A DNA stretch of 57,872 nucleotides from Bacteroidota bacterium (GTDB lineage Bacteria > Bacteroidota > Bacteroidia > Chitinophagales > Saprospiraceae). The notes under the pieces were generated by a model. It was not told the origin of the DNA. It did not search any database and saw nothing but the letters and a program-made list of their open reading frames with translations. Of the stretch, positions 56,384 to 57,872 are shown one piece after another. Position 1 is the first letter of the stretch. Each line of letters begins with the position of its first letter. Where the stretch lies: positions 1 through 57,872 of the forward strand of contig JBCCRX010000001.1 in NCBI GenBank assembly GCA_039201015.1. The letters are read 5' to 3'. Both the position numbers and the translations under genes were made by a program.

Positions 56384-57560
56384 TTTCCCAATAGCGCAAT
56401 TACGGAAGGAAACGCCTGCTTGCCAACATAAAATTCATCTGAACAATGCAGGTGCTAGCCTTTCGCCTACACCTGTCCTTGCTGCGATTCGAGCCTATTT
56501 CGATTTAGAAGCTAGGACAGGTGGCTACGAGGCGGCGGCACTCAAAGCGGATGAGATTGTGCATTTCTATGACGTGCTCGCCCAATTTTTGCATACCAAG
56601 GCACACAATATTGCTTTTACCACCAATGCTACGGACGCCTACGCCAAAGCCTTGTCTTCCATTCCTTTTCAGCGAGATGATGTGATACTGACGACCGATC
56701 ATGATTATGTCTCTAATCAAATTGCTTTTCTGTATTTGCAGCAAAGAGTTGGTATCAAAATCATACACGCAGCCAAACGACCCGACGGAGCAGTGGCGGT
56801 AGATTCAATGGAAAGCTTGATTCAAAAATATCGCCCAAAGCTAGTAGCCGTCACACATGTTCCAACTAATGCTGGTGTAGTACAAGATGTCTATACGATC
56901 GGAAAGATTTGTGCGGAACAGAATACTCTTTATTTGGTTGATGCTTGTCAATCCGTAGGTCAGTTAGAGGTAAATGTCGCGGAGATGCAATGCGATTTTC
57001 TAAGTGCGACTTTCCGAAAATTTCTACGTGGACCGAGGGGCACTGGCTTTCTATATGTTTCTGATAAAGTACTTGAACGTGCTTTAACACCCATTTTCCC
57101 CGATCTACAAGGGGCAGAGTGGATCGCTAGAGACAAATATGTCTTACAAAAAAGTGCCAAACGCTTTGAATATTGGGAGCGTAATTTTGCGAACGTACTT
57201 GGTGCAAAAACTGCCGTTGAGTATGCGCTGCAAATTGGTATGCCAGTCATCGAAAAACGCGTGAAATCACTCGCCAGCTACACACAAAATACCTTATCTC
57301 AACTCAAAGATTTCCAAGTATTGGATAGGAGCGATGATTTGTGTGGCATCATCACGCTGCACAGCCCAAAGTTTACTTGGCAGCACTTGAAGCAACACTT
57401 AATCAATCAGCATTTTAATGTTTCTGTTGCCGTGAAATCAGGGGCTTGGATAGATTTTGAGGAAAAAGGTGTTGATTGGGCTTTGCGCATTTCGCCACAC
57501 TATTACAATACAGCGCAAGAAATTGACTTGCTGTTTGATTTTTTGAGTAATTTGTCTTAG
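56373..57560 (+). CDS. Class-V aminotransferase (cysteine desulfurase/epimerase-like, PLP-dependent)
   Basis: 395 aa; LNNAGAS, HVPTNAGVVQDV, DACQSVGQL, SATFRKFLRGPRGTGFLYV (PLP-Lys context). Overlaps the upstream gene by 11 nt. Confidence 0.8.
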   Translation: MKDDFPIAQLRKETPACQHKIHLNNAGASLSPTPVLAAIRAYFDLEARTGGYEAAALKADEIVHFYDVLAQFLHTKAHNIAFTTNATDAYAKALSSIPFQRDDVILTTDHDYVSNQIAFLYLQQRVGIKIIHAAKRPDGAVAVDSMESLIQKYRPKLVAVTHVPTNAGVVQDVYTIGKICAEQNTLYLVDACQSVGQLEVNVAEMQCDFLSATFRKFLRGPRGTGFLYVSDKVLERALTPIFPDLQGAEWIARDKYVLQKSAKRFEYWERNFANVLGAKTAVEYALQIGMPVIEKRVKSLASYTQNTLSQLKDFQVLDRSDDLCGIITLHSPKFTWQHLKQHLINQHFNVSVAVKSGAWIDFEEKGVDWALRISPHYYNTAQEIDLLFDFLSNLS

Positions 57561-57600
57561 CTAGGAAGACAGATTTGAGAAGACATCAATCAGCTGTTTA

Positions 57601-57709
57601 ATACACTGTGAACTAAGGTTGTTTTAATTTTGAGAAGCGAGAAATTCCTTAGAATTTCGAGCTTCAAAAAACCTATCTGCTGGCGGCGAACAAGGAGTGA
57701 GGGAGAAAA
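57601..57709. repeat. Second copy (G2) of the ~105-nt 5' module of family G
   Basis: TTGTTTTAATTTTGA(A/G)AAGCGAGAAATTCCTTAGAATTTCGAGCTTCAAAAAACCTATCTGC is shared with 40936-40997 (one mismatch). G2 lacks the 12-nt hairpin arm and diverges after GTGAGGGAGAAAA. The element may continue past the window end. Confidence 0.75.
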
Positions 57710-57872
57710 TGCAAATAAACTCTTTTGGTTGTCTGAATTTTTTTGAGGAATTATCAAAATCGACCTAATTTCTTTTAGTGAAAAAAGTGCCAAAAAGGCG
57801 TTAAAAACAAAATACTGTATGAGCCAAAACAAGGTGCTAATCAGAGCTGAAGCTTGGCGTAGCCCGTGAATA

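Noticed and set aside
1-57872. Search for rRNA, tRNA, tmRNA, SRP or RNase P genes and riboswitches in the long spacers
   Set aside because: I could not recognise any cloverleaf-type conserved boxes (e.g. GTTCGAATC-type T-loops with a matching acceptor stem) or a known riboswitch core by eye. This is a weak negative and needs tRNAscan-SE and Rfam scans.

Overview
This 57.9-kb chromosomal window looks like a Bacteroidota-type gliding bacterium. The evidence is a 1212-aa surface protein with SprB repeats and a type-B T9SS C-terminal sorting domain, a TTTG-N19-TAnnTTTG promoter upstream of rpsL, no obvious Shine-Dalgarno sequences, and a secY-map junction. Content in order: (i) a 5' flank with a LamG/TSP3-repeat secreted protein, a beta-lactamase-family hydrolase, an FtsX-type permease, pyk, a GT4 glycosyltransferase and the giant T9SS cargo; (ii) a minus-strand block with an ABC1 kinase, a NodB deacetylase, an HS3ST-like sulfotransferase, mreBCD, an M16 peptidase and a TAT-signal protein; (iii) the complete str/S10/spc ribosomal-protein cluster rpsL..map (23.2-42.0 kb, 26 genes, including rpmD, which is below the ORF-track cut-off); (iv) a 3' flank with a two-gene operon of unknown function, pdhA, a XisH pseudogene, a ROK kinase, oligopeptidase B, TrmH, DUF2461, pyrF, LMW-PTP, a PQQ-type dehydrogenase and a class-V aminotransferase. 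I recognised no rRNA, tRNA, CRISPR array, transposase, integrase or known defence gene. The unusual signal is in the non-coding DNA. At least seven families of short palindromic, TIR-bounded, MITE-like elements are present. Several have clean target-site duplications (9 bp, 8 bp, 8 bp), and one is nested inside another. Three families share a GGCAGAYAGGTTT core. These elements have colonised even the ribosomal-protein operons, where about 4.15 kb of the 18.8-kb cluster is spacer, and several sit only 1-30 nt upstream of start codons. Secondary oddities are long low-complexity tails on uS17, uS5 and uS3, an animal-type sulfotransferase next to a deacetylase, and a point-mutated XisH pseudogene. 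All coordinates, alignments and counts were done by hand from the sequence. Family assignments come from motif recognition, not database searches.
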